Program-made: the position numbers and the translations under genes | Shown: piece after piece, positions 54,916-63,284 of the stretch | How the letters are laid out: each line of letters opens with the position of its first letter | Position numbering within the stretch: the stretch's first letter is position 1 | Assembly: GCA_905235135.1 (NCBI GenBank) | Contig: CAJOKR010000013.1 | Span: 82-64,081, forward strand | Direction of reading: 5' to 3' | Source of the DNA: an uncultured Bacteroidales bacterium | GTDB taxonomy: Bacteria; Bacteroidota; Bacteroidia; Bacteroidales; WCHB1-69 | DNA length: 64,000 nucleotides | Notes under the pieces: generated by a model | Told to the model about the DNA's origin: nothing | Database searches by the model: none | Seen by the model: the letters and a program-made list of their open reading frames with translations, nothing else

Positions 54916-56361
54916 ATGAAGAAAACCTATAGTTTCCTGGTGTGCCTTATCGTGGTGATGTTGGCGACGATGATGAACGTTTTTGCCCAGCAACCGAAAG
55001 TCTATTACTACAAAATCGACGACAATATCTCCAAGCCGGCGCTGCGGCTCACCGAGAAGGCCGTGAAGGAGGCTGAGGATGGCAAGTTCGACTACCTGAT
55101 GCTCGAGCTCAACACCTTTGGCGGGGAGCTCGACGCGGCCGACAAAATCCGCACGTTGCTGCTCAACACCAAGGTGCCGACCGTCGTCTTCATCAACAAT
55201 AACGCGGCATCGGCGGGCGCGCTCATCAGCATCGCCTGCGACAGCATCTACATGATGCCCGGCGCGTCCATCGGGGCGGCTTCGGTGGTGAACGAGACCG
55301 GCGAGATTATGCCCGACAAGTACCAGTCGTACATGCGCTCGCTCATGCGCACCACCGCCCAGCACAACGGCCGCGACCCCAACATCGCGCAGGCCATGGT
55401 CGATCCCGACGTGAAGATTGCCGGCATCAGCGATTCCGGCAAGGTGCTGACCTTCACCTCCGAGGAGGCCGCCAAAAACGGTTTCTGCGAGGGTGTGGTG
55501 AGTAGCCGCGAGGAGGCCCTCTCGCACGTCAGCGAGACACCGCTGGAGATCACCGAGCAGGAGCTTACTACCATCGACAAAATCATCAACTTCTTAGTGA
55601 ATCCGGTGGTGAGCGGCATTCTCATCATGTGCATCGTCGGCGGACTCTACTTCGAGCTGCAGGCCCCCGGTATCGGACTGCCCAGCGTCATCGCCATCAC
55701 CGCTGCCCTACTCTTCTTCGCGCCCCACTATCTTGAAGGCCTCGCCGCACACTGGGAAATTCTCATCTTCCTCGCCGGACTGGTACTGCTGATGTTAGAG
55801 TTTTTCGTCGTGCCAGGTTTCGGCGTGACGGGCATCTCCGGCATCGTGCTTATCCTCGTTTCGCTGGTCCTTACATTAGTATATAATGTAGGCTTCAAAT
55901 TCAACTTCAACCCCGAATTCAACGCCTCCGCCTACGTCAGCAAGATGACGATACTGGTGCTGGTGAGCAGTTTGGCGGGCTTCTTCATCGCCCTGTGGCT
56001 CGGCAAGAAGCTAATCCTTGCGGAGACGCGCTTCGGTTCCCTGGCCCTGCGCACTGGTTTGGAGAGCGACAAAGGCTTCACTTCGCAGGACATGCGCAAC
56101 GAGCAGTACGTCGGCAAGGAGGGCACCGCGCAGACCATCCTTCGCCCCTCCGGCAAAATCAATATCGACGGCGAAATCCTGGACGCCACTGTTGAACACG
56201 GCTATGTGGCCCGGCGAAAAGGTGAAGGTCACGAAATTCGAGAATGCGCAATTGTTTGTGAGGAAGGCGTAATCGGCGACAATAATGTCCCGGTCAGTGA
56301 CAAAAGCCCGATTATTGCCGGTATCGGCAAAAAATGTATCTTTGCGGCTGAATTTTTCTAA
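54916..56361 (+). CDS. nfeD: NfeD-family membrane-bound serine protease (apparent frameshift near the 3' end)
   Basis: Start at ATG 54916 with a signal peptide. ClpP-like N-domain (LNTFGGELDAADKI, NNAASAGALISIACD), 4-5 TM segments, and an OB-fold tail whose expected end (PGEKVKVTKFENAQLFVRKA) lies in the +1 frame (stop 56272). Confidence 0.75.
   Translation: MKKTYSFLVCLIVVMLATMMNVFAQQPKVYYYKIDDNISKPALRLTEKAVKEAEDGKFDYLMLELNTFGGELDAADKIRTLLLNTKVPTVVFINNNAASAGALISIACDSIYMMPGASIGAASVVNETGEIMPDKYQSYMRSLMRTTAQHNGRDPNIAQAMVDPDVKIAGISDSGKVLTFTSEEAAKNGFCEGVVSSREEALSHVSETPLEITEQELTTIDKIINFLVNPVVSGILIMCIVGGLYFELQAPGIGLPSVIAITAALLFFAPHYLEGLAAHWEILIFLAGLVLLMLEFFVVPGFGVTGISGIVLILVSLVLTLVYNVGFKFNFNPEFNASAYVSKMTILVLVSSLAGFFIALWLGKKLILAETRFGSLALRTGLESDKGFTSQDMRNEQYVGKEGTAQTILRPSGKINIDGEILDATVEHGYVARRKGEGHEIRECAIVCEEGVIGDNNVPVSDKSPIIAGIGKKCIFAAEFF
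56337..56344 (+). promoter_or_regulatory. -7 promoter box (TATCTTTG)
   Basis: TAnnTTTG, 33 nt upstream of ATG 56377. Confidence 0.5.
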
Positions 56362-56376
56362 AAGTTTGCCGATAAC

Positions 56377-57258
56377 ATGGAGTACATTTCAGTCAGCCAG
56401 TATGCAGAGAAACACGGGGTTAGCGAACGGACCGTCCGCTATTATTGTGCCACGGGGAAGATTGACGGAGCGTTTTTGACCGGAAAGACCTGGAATATCC
56501 CCAGTGAAGCCACCCTTCCGAAAAAAAAGAAGGGACAGGTTTCGCCGCTGCTGCAACGCCTGCGTGACGAGAAGGAGGCACGGATGAAAGGCGGGGTCTA
56601 TCATCGCGTGCAGATCGACCTCACGTACAATTCCAACCATATCGAAGGCAGCCGCCTGACCAAAGAACAGACGCGCTACATCTTCGAGACCAACACGTTA
56701 GGTGCCACCACGGAAAACACGCGCATTGACGACATTTTGGAAACGGTAAACCACTTCCGCTGCATAGACTACATCATCGACCACGCCACCGACAAAATCA
56801 CGGAATCCCACATCAAACAGCTGCACCTGCTGTTGAAGACGAACACCTCCGACAGCCAGAAGTCGTGGTTTGCGGTGGGTGACTACAAGCGTTTGCCCAA
56901 CGAGGTCGGCGGGGAGGAAACCGTGCCGCCCGACAAGGTACACAAGCAAGTCAAAGTCCTGCTTGACGGCTATAACGCCCTCAAAACCATTGAATTTGAT
57001 GACATCCTTGATTTTCACGTGCAGTTTGAGCGCATCCACCCGTTCCAGGACGGCAACGGCCGCATCGGACGGCTGCTGATGTTCTGGCAGTGTCTGCAAA
57101 GCGGCATCGTCCCCTTCATCATCACCGAGGACCTGCATCTGTTCTACTATCGCGGGATCCAGAACTGGGGTAACATCAATGGCTACCTTCGCGACACCTG
57201 CCTGACGGCGCAGGATCAGTTCAAAGGGGTGCTGAGGTATTTCAAAATTGAGTGCTGA
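56377..57258 (+). CDS. Fic-family protein with N-terminal MerR/excisionase-type HTH
   Basis: 293 aa. HTH YISVSQYAEKHGVSERTVRYYC, inhibitory-helix-like SNHIEGS, and Fic motif HPFQDGNGRIGRLL. Confidence 0.85.
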   Translation: MEYISVSQYAEKHGVSERTVRYYCATGKIDGAFLTGKTWNIPSEATLPKKKKGQVSPLLQRLRDEKEARMKGGVYHRVQIDLTYNSNHIEGSRLTKEQTRYIFETNTLGATTENTRIDDILETVNHFRCIDYIIDHATDKITESHIKQLHLLLKTNTSDSQKSWFAVGDYKRLPNEVGGEETVPPDKVHKQVKVLLDGYNALKTIEFDDILDFHVQFERIHPFQDGNGRIGRLLMFWQCLQSGIVPFIITEDLHLFYYRGIQNWGNINGYLRDTCLTAQDQFKGVLRYFKIEC

Positions 57259-57262
57259 TAAT

Positions 57263-57307
57263 ATTTCGCCCAAACCGCCAAATTCGCCGAAAAAAATGTA
57301 TCTTCGC
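57263..57307 (+). repeat. 45-nt promoter module, copy 1
   Basis: ATTTCGCCCAAACCGCCAAATTCGCCGAAAAAAATGTATCTTCGC matches 59914-59958 with 2 mismatches and 1 indel. Contains a -7-like box TATCTTCG (57299-57306). Confidence 0.75.
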
Positions 57308-57331
57308 CGCATCATTGAAAATCCTATCATT

Positions 57332-58060
57332 ATGAACCCCGGCAAGAACAGATGCGAGTATTTGAAGGAGGTGCGGCGGCGGATCGCCACGGAGAACAAT
57401 ATCCCGTTGGAGCAACGTGAGTGTACATTCAAGGGCGAGTGTTCCGGCACGTGCCCCTTCTGCGAGGCTGAGCTCCGCTACCTCGAAAAGGAGCTTCACA
57501 AACGCAAAGTCCTCGGCAAGGCGGTGACCGTCGCAGGGATCGCGCTGTCGTCCGTCGTGATGAACGCCTGTTACACCCCAGCCTACGTTCCCTCCACGCT
57601 GACAGGGGATGTAGATCCGGCGTGTTTGTATCAAAGGGATTCTTTGCGTTCAAAATACGAAGCGTGTTTCAACCAAATAAGAGGTAATGGTGTTGACGGT
57701 TCGACTGTTATTGTGGACGGGATGAGAGTCCGTTCTGTTTTCTCCGATGTGATGCCGGCCAAATTTCCCGCTGAAATCGGTTCGCCCGTTCTGTGGCTAC
57801 GCCAGCGGCTGCGTTCGTACAGCACGTACATGTCCGACGAGCTGTTCAACGACGCACTGGTTACCTTCGTGGTGAACACCGACGGCACCGTGTCGGACGT
57901 AGATTTCGCCAACTTGCCCGTAACCGGCTCATCCCAGGACTTCGACTTCCAGAACGAGATGCGCAAGCAGGTGCTGTCGATGCCCCGCTGGGAGCCCGCC
58001 ACCAAGGAGAATGTACCGGTCTCCTACCCTGTCGCGATAGCGGTGAGCGACTTGCGGTAG
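57332..58060 (+). CDS. Cys-rich N-terminus / TM / TonB_C-like C-terminal domain protein
   Basis: Start chosen at ATG 57332, after the promoter module. N-terminal CEYL...CTFKGECSGTCPFC, one TM segment, and a C-terminus (VTFVVNTDGTVSDV...MPRWEPATKENVPVSYPVAIAV) resembling a TonB C-terminal fold. Confidence 0.55.
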   Translation: MNPGKNRCEYLKEVRRRIATENNIPLEQRECTFKGECSGTCPFCEAELRYLEKELHKRKVLGKAVTVAGIALSSVVMNACYTPAYVPSTLTGDVDPACLYQRDSLRSKYEACFNQIRGNGVDGSTVIVDGMRVRSVFSDVMPAKFPAEIGSPVLWLRQRLRSYSTYMSDELFNDALVTFVVNTDGTVSDVDFANLPVTGSSQDFDFQNEMRKQVLSMPRWEPATKENVPVSYPVAIAVSDLR

Positions 58061-58069
58061 GGGTAGGAA

Positions 58070-58104
58070 AACTTGAAGTGCAAAAATTACACCTCAAGTT
58101 TTGT
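58070..58104 (+). terminator. stem-loop with T-rich tail between convergent genes
   Basis: AACTTGAAGTG (58070-58080) pairs with CACCTCAAGTT (58090-58100) with one mismatch, followed by TTGTT. Confidence 0.5.
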
Positions 58105-58144
58105 TAGCCAAAAAGAAAGAAACTCTTCTACGATATAACCCTGT

Positions 58145-58489
58145 TTATAATACGACAGATGCTAGAACTCTTTGGATGTAGGAGTTCAATGACACACCAG
58201 CTTCTTGTGCCGACATCGCGATTCTAGCGTGCAGTTCTGAAGGAATTCTGATGTTGAAGCTGCCGCAATAAGATTTATGGAACGGCAGGTTATTTTCTTT
58301 GCAATGCTGGATATAGTCATCCACAGCATTTTCAAAATCTTCCTTAAGTTCCGCAAGCGTCTGCCCCTCGTACGTGATAAGAGTCTGTTTATTTAACCCC
58401 AACACTTTGCCGTAGAGCGTGTTATCTTCCAATTCGGCTTCAATACTACCGATAAAACCTTTATATTTCAACGTTTTCGACAGACTCAT
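58145..58489 (-). CDS. hicB: HicB-family antitoxin (no HicA partner nearby)
   Basis: 114 aa. YKGFIGSIEAELEDNTLYGKVLG...TYEGQTLAELKEDFENAVDDYIQHC...GSFNIRIPSELHARIAMSAQEAGVSLNSYI matches the HicB plus RHH pattern. Confidence 0.75.
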   Translation of the reverse strand: MSLSKTLKYKGFIGSIEAELEDNTLYGKVLGLNKQTLITYEGQTLAELKEDFENAVDDYIQHCKENNLPFHKSYCGSFNIRIPSELHARIAMSAQEAGVSLNSYIQRVLASVVL

Positions 58490-58508
58490 TGCAACTAAAT
58501 TTCAGTTG

Positions 58509-58516
58509 CAAAAATA
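58509..58516 (-). promoter_or_regulatory. -7 promoter box (TATTTTTG)
   Basis: Reverse complement matches TAnnTTTG, 20 nt upstream of ATG 58489. Confidence 0.5.
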
Positions 58517-58555
58517 CACATTTTTTTGAAACAGCAAATATGTTTCTATAAAAAA

Positions 58556-59860
58556 TTACAACCTGAACGTTACCGGCACCTGGTAATAGCAACGGACCGG
58601 CTCTCCCTGGATTATGGCGGGATTCCATTTCGGCATGGATTTGATAATCCGGACAGCCTCCATGTCACATTCGGGGAAAAGCGGGATTTTCACGTGTACA
58701 TGGCTTATGGAGCCGTCTTTCTCTACGATGAACTCCAAAAGGACAGTGCCTTTTATGCCGTTTCGGGAGGCTATTTCGGGATATTGCAGCGAATGTTCAA
58801 TGAAAGACGTCATTGCCACTGTGCCTCCTGGATATTGGGGCATTTTTTCGGTGAACTTATATACCTCCTCCAAGGAATCCGCCAAAAAATTCTCCAAGAC
58901 GACGTCCTCGTCATCTGAAAAATCAGTGCAAATGAGCGGTTGGAGCTCTATATCGAAATCAGTTTCCTTCTTCTTGAAATCATATCTGACCGGATGGGAC
59001 TCAACAATCCGCAGCACCTCCTCAACGCCCAACAGCTCGCCGTAATCAACCGTGTCATATTCCAAATCTGTAACATCGCATCGGTTTCGGATGTCAATCA
59101 AGTCGAAACGATCAATATATTCCTGCGGGGCGACCAAATACCGCCTTCTTTCATCTGAAGTCTCGAAAAATACGGTTGCCACATAAAGTCCCTCTACAGT
59201 CTTGGCGGGCTGCAAAATGATCTGGCAAATGCCGTTACGACTTTCTGTTTCATATAAATAGCCCAAAGTATCCCATATCGTTTGTCGGTAGTAACCATGA
59301 TAAGGTAAAATATAGAGCTCCTGGCCGTAAAACATAAACGTACTGTCCGTAAACTCCATCACGTATGGGTTGTCGGCGGAAAAGTAGTATTTGCCACGAT
59401 ATTGCACAATGGGGAACCATAAGCGAGGATAGTCGTATATTTTGTGATGCACCACGTTGGGATAAGTTTCGAGAAACAGCGGCAAATAAAAATCTTCAAT
59501 GGAGCCGTCCTCCTCAAACCAATGTTTCGAAGCAATCCGCATAACATGTTCCAGATGATTCTCCTGATTCCGAGAAATGGTGTAATAGCTTGTCACACAG
59601 GTGTCTATGCTACCATTATCACGTTTATTCAGGCATAGCAGCCGCCAGATGAAATTCGTGTCATGCTCGGTGAAAGGCTCGCTGATCTCGTAGCAACGGT
59701 AATCTGCCCCCTCATCGAAATAGAGCGTCGCCGCTTTCTCCCCATTTATAACCGTATAGATGACCGAATCCACCGCCCCTTTCCCCACATTGCGCACGAT
59801 TTGCGAGAAACCGAGGTGGGACGTGAGGACAAGTATTATCAATAGCATTCTTTTCATCAT
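58556..59860 (-). CDS. secreted protein with C-terminal TonB_C domain
   Basis: Start at ATG 59860 (MMKRMLLIILVLTSHLGFSQ). C-terminal MPQYPGGTVAMTSFIEHSLQYPEIASRNGIKGTVLLEFIVEKDGSIS is typical of the TonB C-terminal domain. Confidence 0.65.
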   Translation of the reverse strand: MMKRMLLIILVLTSHLGFSQIVRNVGKGAVDSVIYTVINGEKAATLYFDEGADYRCYEISEPFTEHDTNFIWRLLCLNKRDNGSIDTCVTSYYTISRNQENHLEHVMRIASKHWFEEDGSIEDFYLPLFLETYPNVVHHKIYDYPRLWFPIVQYRGKYYFSADNPYVMEFTDSTFMFYGQELYILPYHGYYRQTIWDTLGYLYETESRNGICQIILQPAKTVEGLYVATVFFETSDERRRYLVAPQEYIDRFDLIDIRNRCDVTDLEYDTVDYGELLGVEEVLRIVESHPVRYDFKKKETDFDIELQPLICTDFSDDEDVVLENFLADSLEEVYKFTEKMPQYPGGTVAMTSFIEHSLQYPEIASRNGIKGTVLLEFIVEKDGSISHVHVKIPLFPECDMEAVRIIKSMPKWNPAIIQGEPVRCYYQVPVTFRL

Positions 59861-59873
59861 GATAATTTCCGGC

Positions 59874-59881
59874 AAAAATAC
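59874..59881 (-). promoter_or_regulatory. -7 promoter box (TATTTTTG)
   Basis: Lies within the 25-nt block 59872-59896, identical to 39881-39905. Confidence 0.5.
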
Positions 59882-59913
59882 AATATTTTCGAAACGACAG
59901 AGCGACACAAAAA

Positions 59914-59958
59914 TTTCGCCCAATCCGCCAAATTCGCCGAAAAAAAATGTATCTTTGC
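59914..59958 (+). repeat. 45-nt promoter module, copy 2
   Basis: ATTTCGCCCAATCCGCCAAATTCGCCGAAAAAAAATGTATCTTTGC. Contains the -7 box TATCTTTG (59950-59957) upstream of pepD. Confidence 0.75.
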
Positions 59959-60011
59959 AGCGGAATTATCGAAATACAAATCTTAAACGTAAATCATAAA
60001 TAGTAAAAGCA

Positions 60012-61466
60012 ATGAATCAAGAACTTTTGAACCTCTATCCCAAAGGATTATGGGACATTTTCGGACACATCTGCGACGCTCCGCACCCCTCCAAGCATGA
60101 AACCGCCGTGGTGAAATGGTACAAGGAATGGGCTAAGGAGAACAACATCCCCGTTGTGCAGGACGAGACCGGCAACCTGCTGTTCTCTGTCCCCGCCACC
60201 CCTGGCTTCGAGAACCGCACGCCCGTTGTGTTGCAGGCCCACTGCGACATGGTGCCGCAAGCCGACAGCGACAAGGTCCACGATTTCCTGACCGACCCCA
60301 TCGAGCCGATCATCGACAACGGCTGGGTGCGTGCCAACAAGACCACCCTCGGCGCTGACGACGGCATTGGCGTTGCCGCCGCTTTGGCCGCCATCACCGA
60401 CCCCGCCTGCCAGCACGGACCCATAGAGGTGCTCGTCACCATCGACGAGGAGACCGGCATGACCGGCGCTTTCGGTCTGAAGCCCGGCTTCGTGAAGGGC
60501 AAGATCCTCATCAACCTCGACTCCGAGACGGAAGGCGAGCTCTATGTGGGTTGCGCCGGCGGTATGGACGCCAACTTCAGCCGCACCTACACCACCGTCG
60601 CCACCCCCGCTGACATGAAGGGCTACAAGCTCTTCGTCACGGGTCTGCACGGCGGGCACTCCGGCATGGACATCAACCTGGGCCGTGCCAACGCCAACAA
60701 GATCGCCACGCGCTTCCTGCAGAAGGTTGTCCGCGACTTCGGCGGCTGCGTCGCCTGCATCAATGGCGGCGGTCTGCGCAACGCCATCCCGCGCGAGGCC
60801 ACGGCCATATTGACCGTTCCCGCCGCGAAATCCGCTGAGTTCGAAGCCTTTGCCAAAGAGTTCGAGGCAGTCGTGCAGAAAGAGTTCGCCCTCACCGAGG
60901 AATGTCTCAGCCTCACCGTGACAGCCACCGACACTCCGAAAGAGGTCATTGAACCCAATGCTTTGTGTCAGTTCCTGAACATGATTTTCGCCATCCCGAA
61001 CGGCGTGCAGCGCATGAGCGACTCCATGCCCGGCTTGGTGGAGACCTCCAACAACCTGGCCAATTTCGTTGCCGAGAACGGTGAGATGAGCGCGAAGTGC
61101 CTGATGCGCAGCAGCGTGAATAGCGCGAAGGACGCCCTGGGCGAGAAGATGGTTGCCATCGCCGAGCTCGCCGACTGCGGCATCGAGCTCACCGGCACCT
61201 ATCCCGGCTGGAACCCCAACATGCAGAGCCCGATTATGAACACCTGCATGAGGGTTTACAAGGAGAAATACGGCAACGAGCCCAAGGTGATGGCCATCCA
61301 TGCCGGTCTGGAATGCGGTCTCTTCGGTGTCTGCTATCCGGACTGGGATATGGTCTCTTTCGGCCCGACCATCGAGCACCCGCACTCCCCCGTCGAGCGC
61401 GTCAACATCGAGAGCGTCGGCAAATTCTACGATTTCCTCGTGGAAGTGCTGAAGAACGTGCAATAA
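60012..61466 (+). CDS. pepD: aminoacyl-histidine dipeptidase (M20C, PepD)
   Basis: 484 aa. The N-terminal WDIFGHICDAPHPSKHE, HCDMV and GADDGIG motifs are typical of PepD. Confidence 0.9.
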   Translation: MNQELLNLYPKGLWDIFGHICDAPHPSKHETAVVKWYKEWAKENNIPVVQDETGNLLFSVPATPGFENRTPVVLQAHCDMVPQADSDKVHDFLTDPIEPIIDNGWVRANKTTLGADDGIGVAAALAAITDPACQHGPIEVLVTIDEETGMTGAFGLKPGFVKGKILINLDSETEGELYVGCAGGMDANFSRTYTTVATPADMKGYKLFVTGLHGGHSGMDINLGRANANKIATRFLQKVVRDFGGCVACINGGGLRNAIPREATAILTVPAAKSAEFEAFAKEFEAVVQKEFALTEECLSLTVTATDTPKEVIEPNALCQFLNMIFAIPNGVQRMSDSMPGLVETSNNLANFVAENGEMSAKCLMRSSVNSAKDALGEKMVAIAELADCGIELTGTYPGWNPNMQSPIMNTCMRVYKEKYGNEPKVMAIHAGLECGLFGVCYPDWDMVSFGPTIEHPHSPVERVNIESVGKFYDFLVEVLKNVQ

Positions 61467-61493
61467 GGACGGAACATCCGTCAGCCTATCGTT

Positions 61494-61521
61494 GTAGAGA
61501 CGTGCCATGGCGCGTCTCTAC
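61494..61521. repeat. GTAGAGACG palindromic hairpin (copy 6)
   Basis: GTAGAGACGTGCCATGGCGCGTCTCTAC, 28 nt downstream of the pepD stop. Confidence 0.85.
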
Positions 61522-61582
61522 GGCGTTTTAAAGGGTCTTACATTTTTTTGAAATGGCCTGTTGCGGCATATCGAAAAAATTG

Positions 61583-61590
61583 TATTTTTG
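61583..61590 (+). promoter_or_regulatory. -7 promoter box (TATTTTTG) for tRNA-Ser
   Basis: TAnnTTTG, 18 nt upstream of the tRNA 5' end. Confidence 0.55.
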
Positions 61591-61607
61591 CGCACTCTTT
61601 TGAGAAA

Positions 61608-61692
61608 GGAAAGTTGGCCGAGCGGCTGAAGGCAGCGGTTTCGAAAACCGCCAGGGTGTAAAAGCTCTCAGGTTCGAATCCTGTACTTTCCG
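61608..61692 (+). tRNA. tRNA-Ser (anticodon CGA)
   Basis: GGAAAGTTGGCCGAGCGGCTGAAGGCAGCGGTTTCGAAAACCGCCAGGGTGTAAAAGCTCTCAGGTTCGAATCCTGTACTTTCCG. Acceptor GGAAAGT/ACTTTCC, anticodon loop TTCGAAA, long variable arm. Confidence 0.9.
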
Positions 61693-61695
61693 CTG

Positions 61696-61727
61696 AACCT
61701 CGCAACGCTTTGTTGCGAGGTTTTTTT
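61696..61727 (+). terminator. rho-independent terminator after tRNA-Ser
   Basis: AACCTCGCAAC / GTTGCGAGGTT stem with loop GCTTT, followed by a T7 run. Confidence 0.8.
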
Positions 61728-61750
61728 AGAGACGTTGGGATGACGTCTCT
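61728..61750. repeat. GAGACG-type hairpin (copy 7, shortened)
   Basis: AGAGACGT TGGGATG ACGTCTCT. Confidence 0.65.
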
Positions 61751-61787
61751 GTCATGACATCCAATAACCCTTAACCATTGTGAGATA

Positions 61788-63284
61788 ATGGCAGACAACG
61801 AAGTCAAAAAACTGGCCGGACAGACGGTCATATACGGCGGGAGCACCGTGCTGGCGCGACTCCTCAACTACCTGCTGGTGCCGCTCCACACCTACATCTT
61901 CCAGAACGCGTCGGACTACGGTGTGGTTGGCGAGCTTTACGCCTGGACCAGCCTCTTCATCGTGATTCTCACCTATGGCATGGAGACCGCCTTCTTCAAG
62001 TTCTCGCAGGATGACGGCATCAAGGACCGCGTCTATAGCACCGTGGTGGGGTCGCTGCTCTGCACCTCCACCCTCTTCATCGTGCTCTGCGGAATCTACT
62101 CGCAGCCCATCGCCGAATGGCTGCAATACCCCAATCATCCCGAATATGTGCGCTGGTTCTCTGTAATCATCGGCGTGGATGCGCTCACCTCCATCTTTTT
62201 TGCGCACCTGCGGTTCCAAAATCGGGCGATGACCTTCGCGGCGGTGAAGATCACCAACATCCTCGTCAACGTGCTGCTCAACCTCTTCTTCCTGTTGCTC
62301 TGTCCGTGGCTGCTCACCAAGAACCCCGACTCCGCCTTCGTCAACGCTATTTACAACCCTGAAATCGGGGTCGGCTATATCTTCATCGCCAACCTCGTGG
62401 CCAGCATCGTTACCCTGCTGATGCTCTTCCCGGGCATCTTCAAGCAGAAGTTCGTTTTCGACTGGCAGCTGTGGAAGAAGATGTTCCGCTACGCCTTCCC
62501 GCTGCTGATCTTCGGTTTGGCCGGCATCGTGAACGAGACGATGGACCGCGTGCTGCTCAAGCGGCTTTCGCTCGCCCCCGACCCGCAGGCCTCCGTGGGC
62601 ATCTACAGCGCCTGTTACAAGATCTCCATCATGATGACCATCTTCATCCAGGCCTTCAAATACGCCGCCGAACCCTTCTTCTTCCGCAAGGCGAAGGACA
62701 AGGACGCGAAAGAAACCTACGCCGAAGTGATGACCGCTTTCGTGCTGGTCTGCTCGATCATTTTCGTTGGCATCATGCTCTACATCGACCTCGTGCAATA
62801 TTTCGTGGGACCGGGCTACCGCGTGGGCCTGCCCATCGTCCCTATCTTGCTGATGGCCAACCTCTTCCTCGGCATCTTCTACAACCTTTCAATCTGGTAC
62901 AAGCTTACCAGCCAGACCAAATTCGGAGCCTACATCGCCATCTTCGGGGCGGTCATCACCCTGGTTCTCAACTGGTTGCTGATTCCGCGTTTCGACTACA
63001 TGGGTGCGGCCTGGACCACCTTCGCCTGCTACCTCTCCATGATGGTCGTCTCTTACCTTCTCGGTCAGAAGTACTACCACGTCGATTACGACCTCAAGCG
63101 CATCCTCTTCTACCTTTTCTTCGCGGTGGCCGTGTATGGGTTGAGCCTCGGTATCTACCATCTGTTTGGCATTGAGAAGGTCTGGGTGCGATTGGTGGTG
63201 AATACGGTGATTTTGATCGGGTATTTGGGAGTGCTGGCGTGGATGAACCGGGAAGAACTTAAGAAGTTAGTAGTTAGAAGTTAG
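61788..63284 (+). CDS. polysaccharide biosynthesis protein / oligosaccharide flippase (MOP superfamily)
   Basis: 498 aa with about 12-14 TM segments. The N-terminal LAGQTVIYGGSTVLARLLNYLLVPL is typical of Wzx-like flippases. Confidence 0.65.
   Translation: MADNEVKKLAGQTVIYGGSTVLARLLNYLLVPLHTYIFQNASDYGVVGELYAWTSLFIVILTYGMETAFFKFSQDDGIKDRVYSTVVGSLLCTSTLFIVLCGIYSQPIAEWLQYPNHPEYVRWFSVIIGVDALTSIFFAHLRFQNRAMTFAAVKITNILVNVLLNLFFLLLCPWLLTKNPDSAFVNAIYNPEIGVGYIFIANLVASIVTLLMLFPGIFKQKFVFDWQLWKKMFRYAFPLLIFGLAGIVNETMDRVLLKRLSLAPDPQASVGIYSACYKISIMMTIFIQAFKYAAEPFFFRKAKDKDAKETYAEVMTAFVLVCSIIFVGIMLYIDLVQYFVGPGYRVGLPIVPILLMANLFLGIFYNLSIWYKLTSQTKFGAYIAIFGAVITLVLNWLLIPRFDYMGAAWTTFACYLSMMVVSYLLGQKYYHVDYDLKRILFYLFFAVAVYGLSLGIYHLFGIEKVWVRLVVNTVILIGYLGVLAWMNREELKKLVVRS

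Noticed and set aside
53851-55527. Very long ORFs 53851..56361(+) and 53812..55527(-) taken at face value
   Set aside because: Each extends through the other divergent gene. The true starts are ATG 54916 (signal peptide of NfeD) and ATG 54822 (heptose kinase), with promoter boxes in the 93-nt gap.
60048-62798. Minus-strand ORFs 60048..61508 (486 aa) and 61752..62798 (348 aa)
   Set aside because: They lie antisense to pepD and to the flippase gene. The first also runs through hairpin copy 6. Their composition is typical of shadow ORFs.
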